A DNA stretch of 64,000 nucleotides from Podarcis cretensis (Eukaryota). Both the position numbers and the translations under genes were made by a program. The notes beneath the pieces were generated by a model that was not told where the DNA came from, made no database searches, and saw only the letters and a list, made by a program, of their open reading frames with translations. This document shows, one piece after another, positions 37,570 to 52,090 of this stretch (its first letter is position 1; every line of letters starts with the position of its first letter). Location of the stretch: assembly GCA_951804945.1 (NCBI GenBank), contig OX638149.1:82522001-82586000 (forward strand), read 5' to 3'.

Positions 37570-37660
37570 TAAACAAGAGTGATTTGTGACACCTTAGGTT
37601 TTAACACATTTATTATGGTATAAGATTCCATGGACCAGAGTCAACTTCATCAGATGCATG
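37570..37660 (-). mobile_element. Penelope-like element terminal remnant
   Basis: Minus strand catctgatgaagttgactctggtccatggaatcttata..aataaa..taaggtgtcacaa resembles the reptile Penelope terminal repeat; a more decayed copy is at ~26131-26205 (+). Confidence 0.55.
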
Positions 37661-37942
37661 AGGTTTTATCCTAAGCTGTCAGGTACGTATATAGAAAAAA
37701 ATGTAAACAGTTAGGTCTTAGGGAAATGAAATGCAAAAAAAGGCTATGACAATTACATTAAAGCTTAAAGGTATGTAAAATAAGTACAGTGATCATTGAC
37801 AAAGCAGTGCTGATGATAATGCAAACAACCTGTCATTAATAAGTTAACATGTGTAATGGAATAAAAATGGTCAAAGCCTATACTTTTTACATTTCATTTC
37901 CCAATGACCTCATTATAGATTTTTTTTTTCTCTACAACCGTG

Positions 37943-38139
37943 TGTTGTTGTTGTTGTTTGGTTGTTTAGTCGTGTCCGACTCTTCGTGACCCCATGGACC
38001 AGAGCACGCCAGGCACACCTGTCTTCCACTGCCTCCCGCAGTTTGGTCAGACTGATGCTGGTAGCTTCGAGAACACTGTCCAATCATCTCGTCCTCTGTT
38101 GTCCCCTTCTCCTTGTGCCCTCCATCTTTCCCAACATCA
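37943..38139 (-). mobile_element. BovB (RTE-clade LINE) 5'-truncated 3' end with (CAA)n tail
   Basis: Diagnostic gtcgtgtccgactcttcgtgaccccatggac...tccatctttcccaacatca. Confidence 0.88.
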
Positions 38140-39970
38140 CCTGCCAACTTATCACTTCGAACATTTGATGAAGCAGACTCTTGTTTTGCTCAAGTCTCTG
38201 AAAATTGTTACAGCTTCAGCACACAATGTATGCACACACCCAGGCCCAGTAGGGGTTCCCCTTCATTGGGACAGTTTTTGGGTGCAATGGATGACTGCAT
38301 GCAAACTCAACTTTTTATTTAAAAAAGGGACTTTGATAATGAGTAAGGACCAATAGAACATAGACAGGATGACTGATACAGTGAACTTTTCCCCAAATAT
38401 AAACAAGCACTATCTTTACAAATATATAGGTTTCATTCAGAATGCAGCATAGCAAGTTTTTGTCTCACAGGCTTTCCTTCCTCTTCTTTCCTTCTTTGTG
38501 CACAAGGGGAAGAGAATTAAAGCTTCTGTTTGAGGTTTAGAACAGAAGTAGGGAACGGGTTGTTTCCAAATAATAACTGGAAGCTGTCAATCTCCTCCTC
38601 TTGCGGGTGGAGGAAAGGGGTGTGTGTGACATGTGAGCATGAGGCTTACCACAACACATTATCAGAGTGTGGCCACTTCTTTCATGCAAACCAACCAGGA
38701 AATGGAGCAAAGACAAATCAGTGACAGGACAAAAATTGAGAGTTACAAATAGAATCAGATGCTAATGCTAAATGCCTGTGAGTCCTGGAAGACCTGCTCC
38801 CTGCCTTGCAGGCCTTTCCCCACCTTTTCCCAGAGGGTGGGGCTTTAACTCACTACAGGTACAGAAACTGATGCTGATGAACAGACTCTTGGGCTGGGGG
38901 ATTTTGTTGGGGGGACCTGTTGATGTTGGTTTTTTGAATCTTTATTTTAGATATTGTGGTTTATGTGGCAATTGTTCAGTTTGGTTGTGTATTTTTAATG
39001 TTTTATTTATTGTTTCTAACTATTTTTGTTATGTTGTAGTTATGTATTTTTTCATGTTGCAAGTCGCCTTGAGCATGGTTTGAACTGCAGAAAGGTAGTA
39101 TACAAATAGATTTATGTTTGTAAGCATAGAGGCGTAGGTGGAGGCAGGCTTCAGCATGCATATCCCTATGTGGTTGAGGAACCATGCTCACAAGTATCTG
39201 CTGTGCTTGTGGTTCCTTCCCCTGCTCAGTTGCTATGGCTGTGTGCATCAAACTGTGCAGCAGTCCTGAGGAACTGTTCAAGAGAGGGAGCTGAGCAGGG
39301 GAGCAGCTGGATATAATATTTCTCCGCCCAAAACAGCAGAATAATAGTACCAGCAATTATCTGACCAGACACTGTATATATGCAGCCAAGGCTGATCCAC
39401 ACATTTGTAGCTGGATAAGGGCCAAAGGGAAGAAGTGAGACCTGTATGACCCCTTGTGTACTTTGCATACTACTCCACTAACAGACCATAGAAAGCCAAA
39501 CCAAAGTGTCCAAACCACTGCTCCACTGTGGTGCCAACAATTACACAAAGCTAGAGAGTGACAGCATGCTAGAGACATCTGTGGTTTTAAGTGATTTGCT
39601 CTCCTGATGCATTTGCCATTTCCACCCACAGATCAGACATTAAGCTGAATGTGACATATTTAAGGCATAACAAACCGACAGCTCTGTCAACCCTGTGGTG
39701 GCTGGACCACCTGCTAACTAGAAATGGCCAGCCGTATTATTTTGATGCAGCAATAAGAGGGTTGTATAACACGTAAATACGATCAGACCAGTCCATGAAT
39801 ATCCCTTAATCACTTATTAGGACTCCCCTTTTCAGAAAATGGAAAAATAGCCCTACCACCCACAAAATAATTCAAACTGCTCATTGCAAAGTGCTGGCAA
39901 AACTGCCCTGGAGTTTTAAAAATAACTTCCTATACTCCACCTTAATACCGTTAAGCCATCCAGCCACTGT

Positions 39971-40346
39971 AAGGTAAAGGTAAAGGTACCCCTGCCCGTA
40001 CGGGCCAGTCTTGACAGACTCTGGGGTTGTTCACCCATCTCACTTAAGAGGCCAGGGGCCAGCGCTGTCCGGAGACACTTCCGGGTCACGTGGCTAGCGT
40101 GACATCGCTGCTCTGGCCAGAGCCAGAGCCAGAGCCAGAGCCGCACACGGAAACGCCGTTTACCTTCCCGCTGGTAAGCGGTCCCTATTTATCTACTTGC
40201 ACCCGGAGGTGCTTTCGAACTGCTAGGTTGGCAGGTGCTGGGACCGAGCAGCGGGAGCGCACCCCGCCGCAGGGATTCGAACCGCGACCTTTCGATCGGC
40301 AAGCCCTAGGCGCTGAGGCTTTAACCCACAGCGCCACCTGCGTCCC
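39971..40346 (-). mobile_element. Sauria SINE (tRNA-derived head, (ACCTTT)n tail), full length
   Basis: Minus strand starts GGGACGCAGGTGGCGCTGTGGGTTAAAGCC, has B-box-like GGTTCGAATCC and ends in ACCTTT repeats; imperfect TSD actgtaag/acttgtaag. Confidence 0.92.
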
Positions 40347-41118
40347 ACTTGTAAGTAGAGCCAAAACTGGGCAAGTTGGAGCCATGATCACATATCTGCC
40401 TCATTCACATATAAAGAGGGGTGTACATAAGGTCTTGCTCTAACTTTAACATACTTTAAGGAGAGAGCTACACTCTGGCTTCCCAACACTCTGTAGTCAG
40501 TTACTTCAGCAGCTCTTCTCTAATTGTAGAAGTGAGCTAGGAACAGAGAATAGTGGCTTTGGGAAGTTGTAGGAAGGAAAAGATTCAGCACCCCTCACCC
40601 ATGCAGTCCTTTCACTGTTTTTATTTGTTTGACTAGAATAGTTTTATGAAGTTTTATAATGCTAATTATGCAAAGCCCGATGAAGGATGGGACGAGTAAT
40701 AAGGAAGGGCAGAGAAAAACTGTAGCTGAAATAAAGGGGGAGGATAATTTCAACCCAGTGATCATTTCTGTAAGTTAATAGTAAGCAACTACATGAGGTT
40801 AGTACTAGAGATAAAGAAGTCACCTAAGAGTCCAAATGGATAGGTAGATGTCCAGCTGTTTCCCTCCTGTCAGTTTCACATGCTAACACTAAACCATAAG
40901 CCATAAGGTACACAAGGTGTATACTAGCTGATGAATGCAGCCAGAGTCTGCTTCGCTCCTTCCTTCATGTAAAGTGCAAGCAAACTGTGAAGGGGTTAGC
41001 TTAGTGCAATGTCTGAACCTCGAATTTATTATTTATTGTTTATATATTGAATTTATATATGAAAGCTGCACCCAAAGAAAACTCAATTGCTAGCCATTGT
41101 GGAACTGGATAGAAGGAC

Positions 41119-41292
41119 CATAGGAAGCTGCATTATAAACAAAGCAGACCATCAGTCCATTTAGCTGAGTACCACTAACACTTATTGGCAGCAGCTTTCC
41201 AGGGTTCCAGGCAATAGTCTTTCCCAGCCCTACTTGGAGAAACCAGGGGTTGAAAATGGGACCTTCTGCATGAAAAACATGTCCTCTGCTAT
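41119..41292 (-). mobile_element. Older squamate tRNA-derived SINE (Squam3-like), degenerate
   Basis: ataggaagctgc...cagaccat...ggggttgaaaatgggaccttctgcatg pattern. Confidence 0.6.
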
Positions 41293-44200
41293 CGTTGTTG
41301 TACTTCTCTTTGTCAGGATGTAGTTTATGAAAAACAATAATTTCAAAAGTGTGTCCACTTCTACAACCTGTTGGAGATTTGGAGATATGGAGATTTGTTT
41401 TAACATAGTCTTGATAAACTGGAAATGTATGATTATAGTTTATTTATTTAACAACAAGCCCCTGGATCTCATTTTTTACAAAAGGAATGTACATTCTGTG
41501 CCCCCTGCCCTCCACATTACAAGCTTGCCAGATAAGACACGTTTATGGCTGAACCTCCAATCTTTATCAGCCTGACTACAAGTATTCCAGATGGCATGCA
41601 CTTTGCATGCCCGATTCAAGCGGAAACCAGCAATTATAACATGTATAAAACATCATCAATCTTCAGGCTGCTATTTTAAAGCCTATGAATAGAGCTCTTT
41701 CTGTCTCAGAACGTGCATCTTCACAATCTGGAGATTGTTCTTCCTTGGAGGATGTGATGTCATCCTTAGAAAATGTCTTCAGCTTTCTAGCCTATAGCTG
41801 ATCGAAAAAATGAGCTTCTCTTTCAGAATCTTGAGCATCATCTCTGAAGGAATGTCACTGTGAAATTAGGTGGTGTGCTTTCTCAAATGAATTTCTTGCT
41901 CTGGTTGCCCATGGCCATTAGACCATAGAGGAAGGATGAAGCTAAGTATCAGGAGTAATTGTTCTCCTGGTATGAATGGAAAATGGAAGCCTGAAACAGC
42001 CACAAAACAAAATGTCAGTGTCTTTACAATATGAGTGGAAAAAATATGGGCTGGCTCATATATTACTGCTGGAGCTTCATTTGTGGGGAAATCCTGGACT
42101 GGGAATACCTATTTCTAAAGTGGTATGTCCAAAGACAGATGTCCAGAAGACCTAAAGAGGGAGGAGAATGGCAGGGTAGGAGACAGCCTCTACCAACAGT
42201 ATACTTGCAGAATACTTACAGGAAGAAAGCAGGAGAGGAGAACAAATGCCTGCCACTCCATCAATGATGGGCCTGGGGAGAAAGGTTAATAGTGCTGGTG
42301 GAGCTGAAAGTGAGCATAGCTTGTTTCCCACTTAATTAACACTAGGAGCCACCAGGTAAGATGACACTAGGTAAGCTATTAACACACATCCTAAGAGTCT
42401 TGAGTTGCAGCATCACATTCTCCAGATCTACTCAAATGTCTCCTCCACCCACGGTCACTTCAGAGGCAAAGGGAGGCTGAACCCTCCTTTCACCTCCACA
42501 ACTGAGAGAGGAGAGTTGGGTTCACAGACAGTATGCTCAGTGCCCTCCTCTCAACACTTGCTTCAAGGTCAGGAAGGTGGTTTCAGCCCTTTTACTATGG
42601 GGGTGCTATTTGGCTCAGAAAAAGTTTTATCTGAGCCCCTGTCCAACAATTTACCTATTGTGGGTAAAAGGAATGAGAATCATTATTTGGCCCCCTTCCT
42701 TCCCCTCTCAATTCCTTTTAGATTCCTACTTGTATGGATTGTATAAGGAAAATTTGAAAACTCAAATTCAAGCCACAGGCCTCTTTATGTTTCTTACTTC
42801 CTCTTCAGAACTGAGAATAAGCATAAATGGAGACTGAAAAATGTCACTCACTGAAGTATAGCCCTGGTGATTTTAGTATTTCATTATCCTCTTACAATTT
42901 TGTACTCATTGGTGATGGCTGAGGCAAGATATTTTAGAGGTTCTATCTAATTCCTGAAAAAACGAGAGTGCCTTCCTTGTCTATGACTGATCCTTCTGTC
43001 TAATTCCTGTCCAGTTCAAATTAAACTGAAAATACACCAGATGGCACTAAGCAACAAGCATTTTAAAATCCATCTTCTGTAAGAAGACGTCCCCAGACTT
43101 GTACACCCACCAATAATGCCTTGACTAACCTCCTCTGCAAATTACACAAGCCAAACAGAGTGCTATACTATCAATACCCTCAGCATATTTTTCAGAAATA
43201 ACATAGATAAACATTCCCAGCAAGTGCACTTAATAGATCTGTTTGCCAATGGTGTTGCCTAAATTCTCAGCTGTGCTTGTGAGGAAACTTTTTTTCAAAA
43301 AAGAAGGGAAACAAACTATCAGGAGCTCTGGTTCTCTACCCCCTTCTTAAGAACATACAAAGAATGCAGCAAGAGGCGGTCTGGGCAAAAGCAACACCCA
43401 CCCACCCTGCTAAAACATTAGCAGCAAACCACTGCCAACAACTCTCAGAGAACTAGTCAGAACATGCTTGTTAACTCCCAAAGCCACCTGAGAAAGGAAA
43501 AATAAGCACATGGAGAGTAGTAATGCTTAAACTGAGTTCAAATCCAAGAGAGATGATGATTCAAGGAATGTGGCAATTAATTCTAAAAAGAATGACTTTA
43601 TCTTCAGTAGAAGTAGGACTGAGTCCAGAATTCGATATTACTAAAAGTCTAATGGTAATCAAACTCACTCTGTACTGTTGTATGTTTTTAAAATGGCAAC
43701 CTGAATCATAGTCTTGCTGGAATAAGCATCCTACATAAAACTATTCCATCTGGAAACAATTCTCAAATAATATAACTTAAATGTATGTCAATAATGTGTT
43801 TATATAATATATAAACCAAGAGACTGAAATATATCTCAGCTGCAGATAATATCCTTCTAAAGAAAACATATGACTCCATTAGAGAAGAAACTCCTCTTGC
43901 CTGAGGAACATGAAATGATGTAATCTGACTTCTTCTCCATGTTAGTTTCCCTGTTCTTTTTTTTCCTGCACCAGCTGCAGCCTGCCAATCCTTGAAGGGG
44001 CTTGCAAAATCTTTGGAGCATCTACAATCAGTCCTGTATGGTGGGACTTCAAAGTGCCCCATCACCTGATGTAATAGTGAAATCAAGGGACTGACAGGTG
44101 GCCTGTGAGGGCTAAGGGTAGTAAAAAATCTGGCCCGCCAGCCAGATCCAGTTCACTACCTCTGCAGTAGACCTGCAACAAAGGAACACAACTCCCTTCA

Positions 44201-44799
44201 TTCCTGACCACTGGCCATGTTTGGTGGTGAAAAGAGCTGAAACAACAACATCTGGAAGGCCACAGTTTCTTCACCCTGATTTAAAGGCTGAATGTACTTG
44301 ACTACATCCTTTGTAGACCATTTCTGCAGATTTCTGTTGTTGTAGACATGAACCAACTCTCATGCATATGAAGGTAACTCCTAAGCTGCAAAGTTTTCCA
44401 TTTATAGGTGACAATTTATGTTACTTCCAACTTGAATTTACCTGAGTACATTCCATACTCTAAATGAATTTACACCTCCAGAATTCCTTACAATTACAGT
44501 AAGCTCCAATGCATCACAGTAACTTTATATCTGAAATTAAATCTTCAATTGCTGTTCTCTTAAACATAAACTAAGGTAAGCTTCCAGATAAAAGCAATTT
44601 TGTGCGATATCAATGCTAAAATCCTTACAAATAGGTTCATGGGGGAAAATATTAGACAATATGCTTTATAGGTATGAGATACTATGTAGAGTTGTTTCCT
44701 ATGCATGCAGCACAATTATATGCCTGTTCATAAATAAGCAACACAAAATTTAAAAGGATTTACTCTGAATTTCATTGTGCACTGGATAGCAGCCTTGTG

Positions 44800-44886
44800 A
44801 TTCAATCCTAGCTATGTCTACTCAGAAGTAAGTCCTACTGAATTCAATAAGGCTTACTCCTATATAAGTGGAGTCAGAATTGCAGC
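44800..44886. repeat. Short palindromic interspersed repeat (caatccta...ctcagaagtaagtcc.actga.ttcaat..g.cttact...); related copies ~168-265, ~320-405, ~12911-12990, ~29945-30020
   Basis: Five degenerate copies of the same ~85-bp imperfect hairpin. Confidence 0.6.
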
Positions 44887-47350
44887 TGTAAATCACTGAA
44901 CTGGGGAAATTATTATGAAATCAGTTACATTCTTTTCATGCTGGATTCTAGCTTAGTGAAACAAGCCTCTACTTCTAGGTGCATACTGCCATAAGGCAAC
45001 ATTTCTTAACATCAAAGAACTTGAAAATATCTCAGTGGTAATCTATTATTATATAACATGTTCTGAAGAAGGACATCCATGCTATTGCCAGCACATGCCA
45101 CTTTCTAGTTACAACTGTTTCTACAACATACCTTCATTGACAACATCAATCCATTCATTTCTGGGTCTAGTCTTTTAGCTAAGCTACAGTTCGTGCAGCC
45201 ACTATCATAGACAGGAATCTGAATTTATTTTTTCAATATTTTGTGAGGTGTCCTTTTAGTCCATCCTAAATTCTAGGGAACATTACTTTTTAAAGTCAAT
45301 TTTCTTTCAGCCCGCCGCTAAAGTAGGCTGCATAGAATCACCACAGAATATTCTCCATAGAGCATTAAGGAAACAGTGTTTAAATGCCAAAGTATCCAAC
45401 AATGTATCAAGGAAAGGACATGTGCTGTGCACCCCTATGGGAATGAACATCTGCACATAGGCATGGGAGGTTTTCACAAAACTATGAATGCTTTCATGCA
45501 GTATCATTTGCCTCTGATGCAAACAAAAGAATTTACATTGGGTCTATTTTCAAGGGAAACAAGAAGTCATTTGATATTCTCAAAAGACTGCGGTATAGAA
45601 TTGTTGTTTCAACCTGTCATTGTTTTCCTTGATCTACAATGTGTGTCTTCCTTTCATCATCATCAAAAATAAGGAAAAAAGTGAAATCTAGTATTGCCTA
45701 ACCAAAATATGCAGAAATATATAGATTAATGATACATATCTAGCACCATTAGCAGTATAGGGTGGCTTCATTCCTCAGATTAGCAAACAGGTTTTTCCAC
45801 AATCAAACTTTTAAGCCATCAGTGTGATTTCAGGTCATTGTTTGGCCCAAGGACATGAAGCAAAACTAAGAACAAAGGAAATACTTTGGCTTAAGTTACA
45901 GGCCCTGGAGAATAAAGTTTTGTCTCACAAAGCAGCCAGAAAAATATTTACTGGATGCTGCAATCCCTTTTTTGACTTTGCACTCTATCTTGGAGACTAG
46001 GTACAGACCCAACAAGTGAGACAATGCAAGCAGTATTCTCATTTCAGCATTAAGAATGCTCTCTCAAGAGGGAAGAAGGTATACCTAGAGGCCACTTTAA
46101 GTTTCCTAGGCAGCAGAGATACATTAGTTTTTTTGTTTGTTTGAACTTTACAGGCTGCCTGTTCAGTTCCAGTCCCAATTTAAAGTGTTGATTTATAACC
46201 TATAAAGCCCTAAACAGCTTGGAGCCAGCATCTCTAAAGACACATGGCAGTGTCCTCTAGGTTATATAACTGCCTCTCTATGGAAGTTAGTATGTGACTG
46301 CCTGCTTTGATGGGGATGGGTAGGTGGGAATGCTCTTTTCCATAGATCTTTTCATTATTTTTAATGTTGATTTAGACTAAATTTAAAGCTAAATTAACTA
46401 GTATTAGACACTTACAGTAATCATATTCTTACTGTTTATGCTGATTTTATTGCATTTTCTAATTTTTGCAGACAATTTGGTTTATTTAAGATACAGGATA
46501 ATTTTTTTAGATGAAATAAACTATCTTTACAATCTTACTGTTACCTGCTTTCTTCCACTCTGTCATGCTCATAGTTTACTTTGCAAGATAGAAAAAAGTA
46601 GATCAGTAATATCATGGACAAGATGAAAACACAGAAGCAAGGAGAAAATGCCAAGATGCGGATTCTTTTTCTATGCATGCAAAATAAGCTTAATGTCTGC
46701 AAGTCTGTGTCACATTTAAATCACACATGCAGCAACGCAGAGCTAAATGGCTTCTCTCTTTGCACACAGACTCTCTAATGACTACACTCCCAAACACCCA
46801 GCATATACGCCTCCTACTCAACACCCACACGCAGTACATTGTGCACAAATGTACAGCAAGCACATAATCTGCATGCACTTACCTTCTGCATAAGCCCATG
46901 TAACAGGGTCCTCATGTAACTGTGACTTGTCTTCCTATCACACAGAATGTGCTTTTCAAATCACCCCTTATGTTCTCTACACAAGGAAGATTGCTAGAGA
47001 AAATTAGAAGCTGTTTCTAGTCTAATTATTTAATTAGATAACCCAATTTTTAAAAATATCTTTCAATTCCCAGATCCTCTCTCGTTATATAGTTCAGGGC
47101 ACTGTAATACTCTGCAGCAGCCAGTGGAATATTTTTTTCCAAACCTCTTTATCTCTTACACCAAAGTCATGAATCGAAAACTGCCCTATATCTTTGCTGT
47201 ACACTGTCTCTGCTTAGCTTCCTTTATCAACTGCAGGCACCCATGAATTTTGGTTGAATATGAAAGCCAATAACTGTTTGTAGTCAGTGACCAAAGAGAA
47301 GCTCTCTTACTTCCTGCTCTACAGAGGTGAAGTATTCTGAGTAACAGGAC

Positions 47351-47710
47351 TTTATTTTATTTATTATATTTTTAATTAAATTTCAATACTGCCCTTCATC
47401 CAAGGATTACAGGGCAGTTTACAATGTAAAAACACAAAAATGCATAACATAGTAACAACAATACCCCCATAAAGTTTTAAAGGCCATAGATTGTTTAATT
47501 GGACAAAGGCCTGGGAGAAGTGGGATGTTTTTACCTGGCACCTAAATATATGCAATGAAGGCACCAGATGAGCCTCTATGGGGAGAGCACTCCCAAAGCA
47601 GGGAGCCACCACAGAAAATGTCCATTCTCATTCGCTGCCCTCTGGACTTCTTGTGGAGGAAGCACACAAAGAAGGGCCTCAGAAGATGGTTGCAGAGTCC
47701 AGGTGAAATA
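47351..47710 (-). mobile_element. L2-type LINE 3' end (related to the 26985 copy)
   Basis: Reverse-strand FSVVAP.LWECSP remnant with AT-rich tail. Confidence 0.7.
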
Positions 47711-50700
47711 ATGAGGGGTAGCAATCCAATCCATGATGCTGATGCTATTTTGTAGTTCAAGGCATAGCCTGGGACCATTTTGATACAGGTACCCTCTGTC
47801 TCCTAGCTGCTTTAAAAAATGTGGTACTCCTGTGGCTAAGTACTCTAGAGATTGAGTCACCAAGCTTAAGCATCAGACGTTGTATTAGTGAAGCCCTAAG
47901 ACTATGGTTGCATCAGTGCAAGGATTTTCCTTGCACAACATAACCTCCTCTCCCTCTCTTCCCCCTCCATGCACCCCCTAAATCTGTTCTGAGGGTTCCC
48001 CAACCTCAGGTTTGGTTGGTAGCATGGGTTGCTACTGGGTGAGGAAAAAGTCAGAAGTCAAGTCTTTGTGTGCACCTAAAGAAGCTTTTGGGATCATTCT
48101 AGCTTATGGCCAACTTGCCAGTGTTCTCCAGTATAAATGAAGAATCTTAAAGCAACCTCAACAAGAAGAGAAAAACAGAGCCTCTCTCAAAATCCACAAG
48201 ATAAACATCATTTTGTAAGGAACTCCATCAAGATTTTGTGACTCTGGAATTAATGAAGCAAAGGGAGGGGGGACGGAAGAATGGCTAGCTGTCTCATCCA
48301 AGAGCAGGCAGAGTAAAGAAAATAACTGCCAGATCAGAAAAGGAAGATTAAGCAACACACCTATTATAAGAGATTCAGGTAAAATGTATAAAGCACCTGC
48401 TTTTGGTGACAACCAATTGGTCAGGGGTTTCATTGATGCCAACTTTCACAACTACACGTTACGTTTTAGAGATTGCAAAGGTTGTTGTAGTGAACTATGA
48501 ATTTCCAGGGCATGTATTATATTTCATTTCATAAATAGACTACTTTTGGGAAAGCAACCAATATTACTGTATGAAATGTTTCTAAGAGCAATGGGGATGA
48601 ATCCCAAATACAGAACACAGTGAAGCATGTTATACAAATTGGCTTTCAAAGCAAAAATTGCTTCCCAACAATTTGAAAGCTTCAAAATTTCTCACAGATG
48701 TCTTTCTTCCTTCTTCTTACAGTGCTCCTTCTCTTGGTCACAGCTGTGTTGTGCCAAAAAGGCTGCATTAGCATGCAGAACCCTACTTTGATTCAGGAGA
48801 CAGTCGTGCTAACTGGCCAAAGTAGAAGCCTTGCTGAGAGAGAAAATAGGAAAGCTAGTGGAATGGAGCTATCAATAATTCACTGAGAGTCCATGGATAT
48901 CTGCTGACAACAGCCTTAAAAACATTCTAGGCACTTGGAGAAGGAAGAAATTCACAAAAAGGTACCTAGAACAGTGTATATCTTCTCTGGAAGGACAAAA
49001 GAGAAGAAAACACAACAACACATCCACGTGGAAAGAAACCATATTCAGGGATAACAGAACATATTAATTGTGGGTGTATTTCAACTTCTGAATAAGAAAA
49101 TAGTTACCTATTACATTCGTTATGTGAAAATTAGCTTCATGTAAACCAAGTTCTGGCAGCTGAGAAGTTAGAAGTCTCCCCCAGAGAAAGCTAGACAGAT
49201 CATGCAGCCGCCACCATCTCTCGCTTTCCATTGTTTATCTATGCTTATCATAACTCTTCTTTAGCAGCTAATTGTCCCTACTCCTCTCCCTTCTAACTCC
49301 TAAGGAAATACAGATAGGCTTAGATGAAGAAGTGGAGAATGGCAGTCAGCTTTCACTGACTTTCTCTAGGGAATGCTTCAGTATGTACTTTTGTAACCTC
49401 AGAAAATATTTAATAAAAAAGCATTTAAAAAAGAAATCTCAAGCCTAACTTGCATATGGTATATGCCTGCTTGTAAAACACTAAGTGTAACATTTTGCTG
49501 ACACCTTATGCACAAAAATAACCTCAATACGAAGCAAAGCTAACCAGGTGGGCTGTGAAATGCCTCTGAAAACAGTGTGTCCAATGGACTAACTTCACAA
49601 AAATCCTAAAGATGGCAGTTGCTTCACACATGCAAGCCAGACACTATTTTTCTCCCTCTGACTGTGTCAAGATAACTGAGATTCTAGGGAAACGTTGCTA
49701 TTAACCGTAAGTAAATCACCTGCTGGATGGCAGGATGTGTGAACAGGTTGCACACATGAATCAGTCTAAAAAGGAAGAGTAACATAAAAAATTAAGTAGG
49801 TACAACAAAGGCCTTAACTTTTCCCTTGATTGTGAGAACAAACCAACAACTCTGAATAAGATTCTATGGATTCTTTGGTCACAAAACTAACAGAAATCGA
49901 CATCCGTGGAATGTACATTACACAAGACATCTGGGATTACTCCTTCTCCCCACTACTACATTGCAGAATCAATTTGCCTTTTTGCATAATTTATACTTGG
50001 CAGCATTTTGGATGTTATTGTGCAGCAATTCTTCACAATGCCAGGAGTTCAGTACTCTACAGCAACTGGTCACAATGGCAAACATTCAGTGAACAGGTAT
50101 CTTCTGACATAGTGCATTAGCCAATTTTAAGCTAGCTCAGTGGGGTGGGGGTGGGGGCGCTTGCCCCTGCTGTTCTTTTTTAAATGGTGAAACACAATGC
50201 TAATCAAAGAACAATTGAATGTTGTGTGCAAATGAATTAACATCCATCCATCCATAAATAAGACCATAAGAAGAGCCTTGTCGGATCAGGACAAACAGGA
50301 ATTTGCAGTTAAACATGAAGCGGGAGAGAAGGGATATGTAAATGAATGATAGCGTGCAGATCATCAATCAGTCTTTTGATTTATTTTTAATAGAGAGGTT
50401 TTGCACAAGAGTTGACCTACAAAATCTCTGTGCGTGTGTGTTTTTAATGTATGAACAGGAATCAACAACTATAAAACATAAACTCTGCCAGCACTTCACT
50501 GCACCTGCCAAATGTACAGGTGAGTGGAATGTTCTGCCAGTGATACCCTTGCCAGTAGCAGCCTCATCGACGGGGTTCTTTAGGGGCAGAGCTGGGCTGG
50601 CAAAGGATCCACTGGATCCTAACCTGGTTCAACTCCTGTTAATGGGACTGATCCTGGACTCTCTATGTGCCAGCTTGAAACTGATGCAGCAGAAATTGGC

Positions 50701-51218
50701 AGCAGCACTGCCACCCTCAACCTTCTGCCCTGGACAGCACAACTGCAGGGCTATGGATGTGGTGGTTGCTACACCACCCCATTCAGCCTCACTGCTTCCA
50801 GCCAGAAGTTAGGCTTTCTCCTCAAGTCCACCAAATCCAAAGCCATCATGGGTTTCAAGGATCCTTCAAAGCAGTAATTTTAACCAAGTTGATCATAAAA
50901 GATAAGAGCACATATTACATGGTACAAGGGGTTCAGCACAAAATGATACAGGTAATGGTGACAGCAGTTGTTCTTGGGACATAGTGACTTTAACAATGCA
51001 CATTTGTAACTTAAGTCTTGCAATAAGTTCAAGTTGTTCACATATTGCCATCATGGTAAATTAATCCTTTATACAGTCTACCAGTGATTCTCCATCATCT
51101 GTATAATCTATACTAAATTGTGGAAATATTGAGTATATGAGGTTTTGCTTCAGTGGAAATGATATTCAGGTCACTTGCAGCCCCATTTCTCATTTTATTT
51201 CACATCATCTCTTGATTA

Positions 51219-51578
51219 GGTAAAGGTAAAGGTACCCCTGCCAGTACTGGCCAGTCTTGCCAGACTCTAGGGTTGTGCGCTCATCTCACTCTATAGGCCG
51301 GGAGCCAGCGCTGTCCGCAGACACTTCCGGGTCACGTGGCCAGCGTGACAAGCTGCATCTGGCGAGCCAGCGCAGCACACGGAACGCCGTTTACCTTCCT
51401 GCTGGTAAGCGGTCCCTATTTATCTACTTGCACCCGGGGGTGCTTTCGAATTGCTAGGTTGGCAGGCGCTGGGACCGAATGACGGGAGCGCACCCTGCCG
51501 CGGGGATTCGAACCGCCGACCATGCGATCGGCAAGTCCTAGGCGCTGAGGTTTTACCCACAGGGCCACCCGCGTCCCA
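51219..51578 (-). mobile_element. Sauria SINE, second subfamily, with 13-bp TSD CATCTCTTGATTA
   Basis: Same architecture; TSD at 51206-51218 and 51579-51591. Confidence 0.93.
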
Positions 51579-52090
51579 CATCTCTTGATTACATGCTGTT
51601 AATTACCTTATCTGATTATTTTATTTCTGGCAAGCTGCTTTTAAAAATCAAACCTTCAGCATAATGGTTCCATAACCACAAGGTCCTCTGTTGGCAAAGG
51701 CTCTACTATCAGCCCATGTAAGATAATGTCTAAATAATGTTTTATAAACATTGCCAAACTTAAGCACCACAGTTGTGGCTCAAATCCAATGGGAACCACA
51801 ATCAAGGACTGTTAAGTTATATTTTTCAACTTCTACAGTCCCGGCAAGTGCAGCTACTCTAAACAGCATAAAATAGGACAGGATGGGCAATACAACTTGA
51901 CCATGTGTTCTCCATTTTCTTAAAAATGCAAATAACCCAATACACTTCTACTCACATTCTGTTGTAGTCCTATTCTCCATACATCCAGATCACAATCCTA
52001 ACTAGCCCTCATCACACAGAAGAATTGAATAGGCCTTAAAACTAATCAGGACATCCTTAACAAAAGAATAAATATCCTGTCCATTTCATA

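Noticed and set aside
40260-40346. tRNA gene (A/B-box-like sequence)
   Set aside because: It is the tRNA-derived head of the SINE, not a cloverleaf tRNA gene
39916-40443. ORFs with PEPEPE / LWLWLW repeats (also 52086-52526)
   Set aside because: Translations of the Sauria SINE (GCCAGA)n tract
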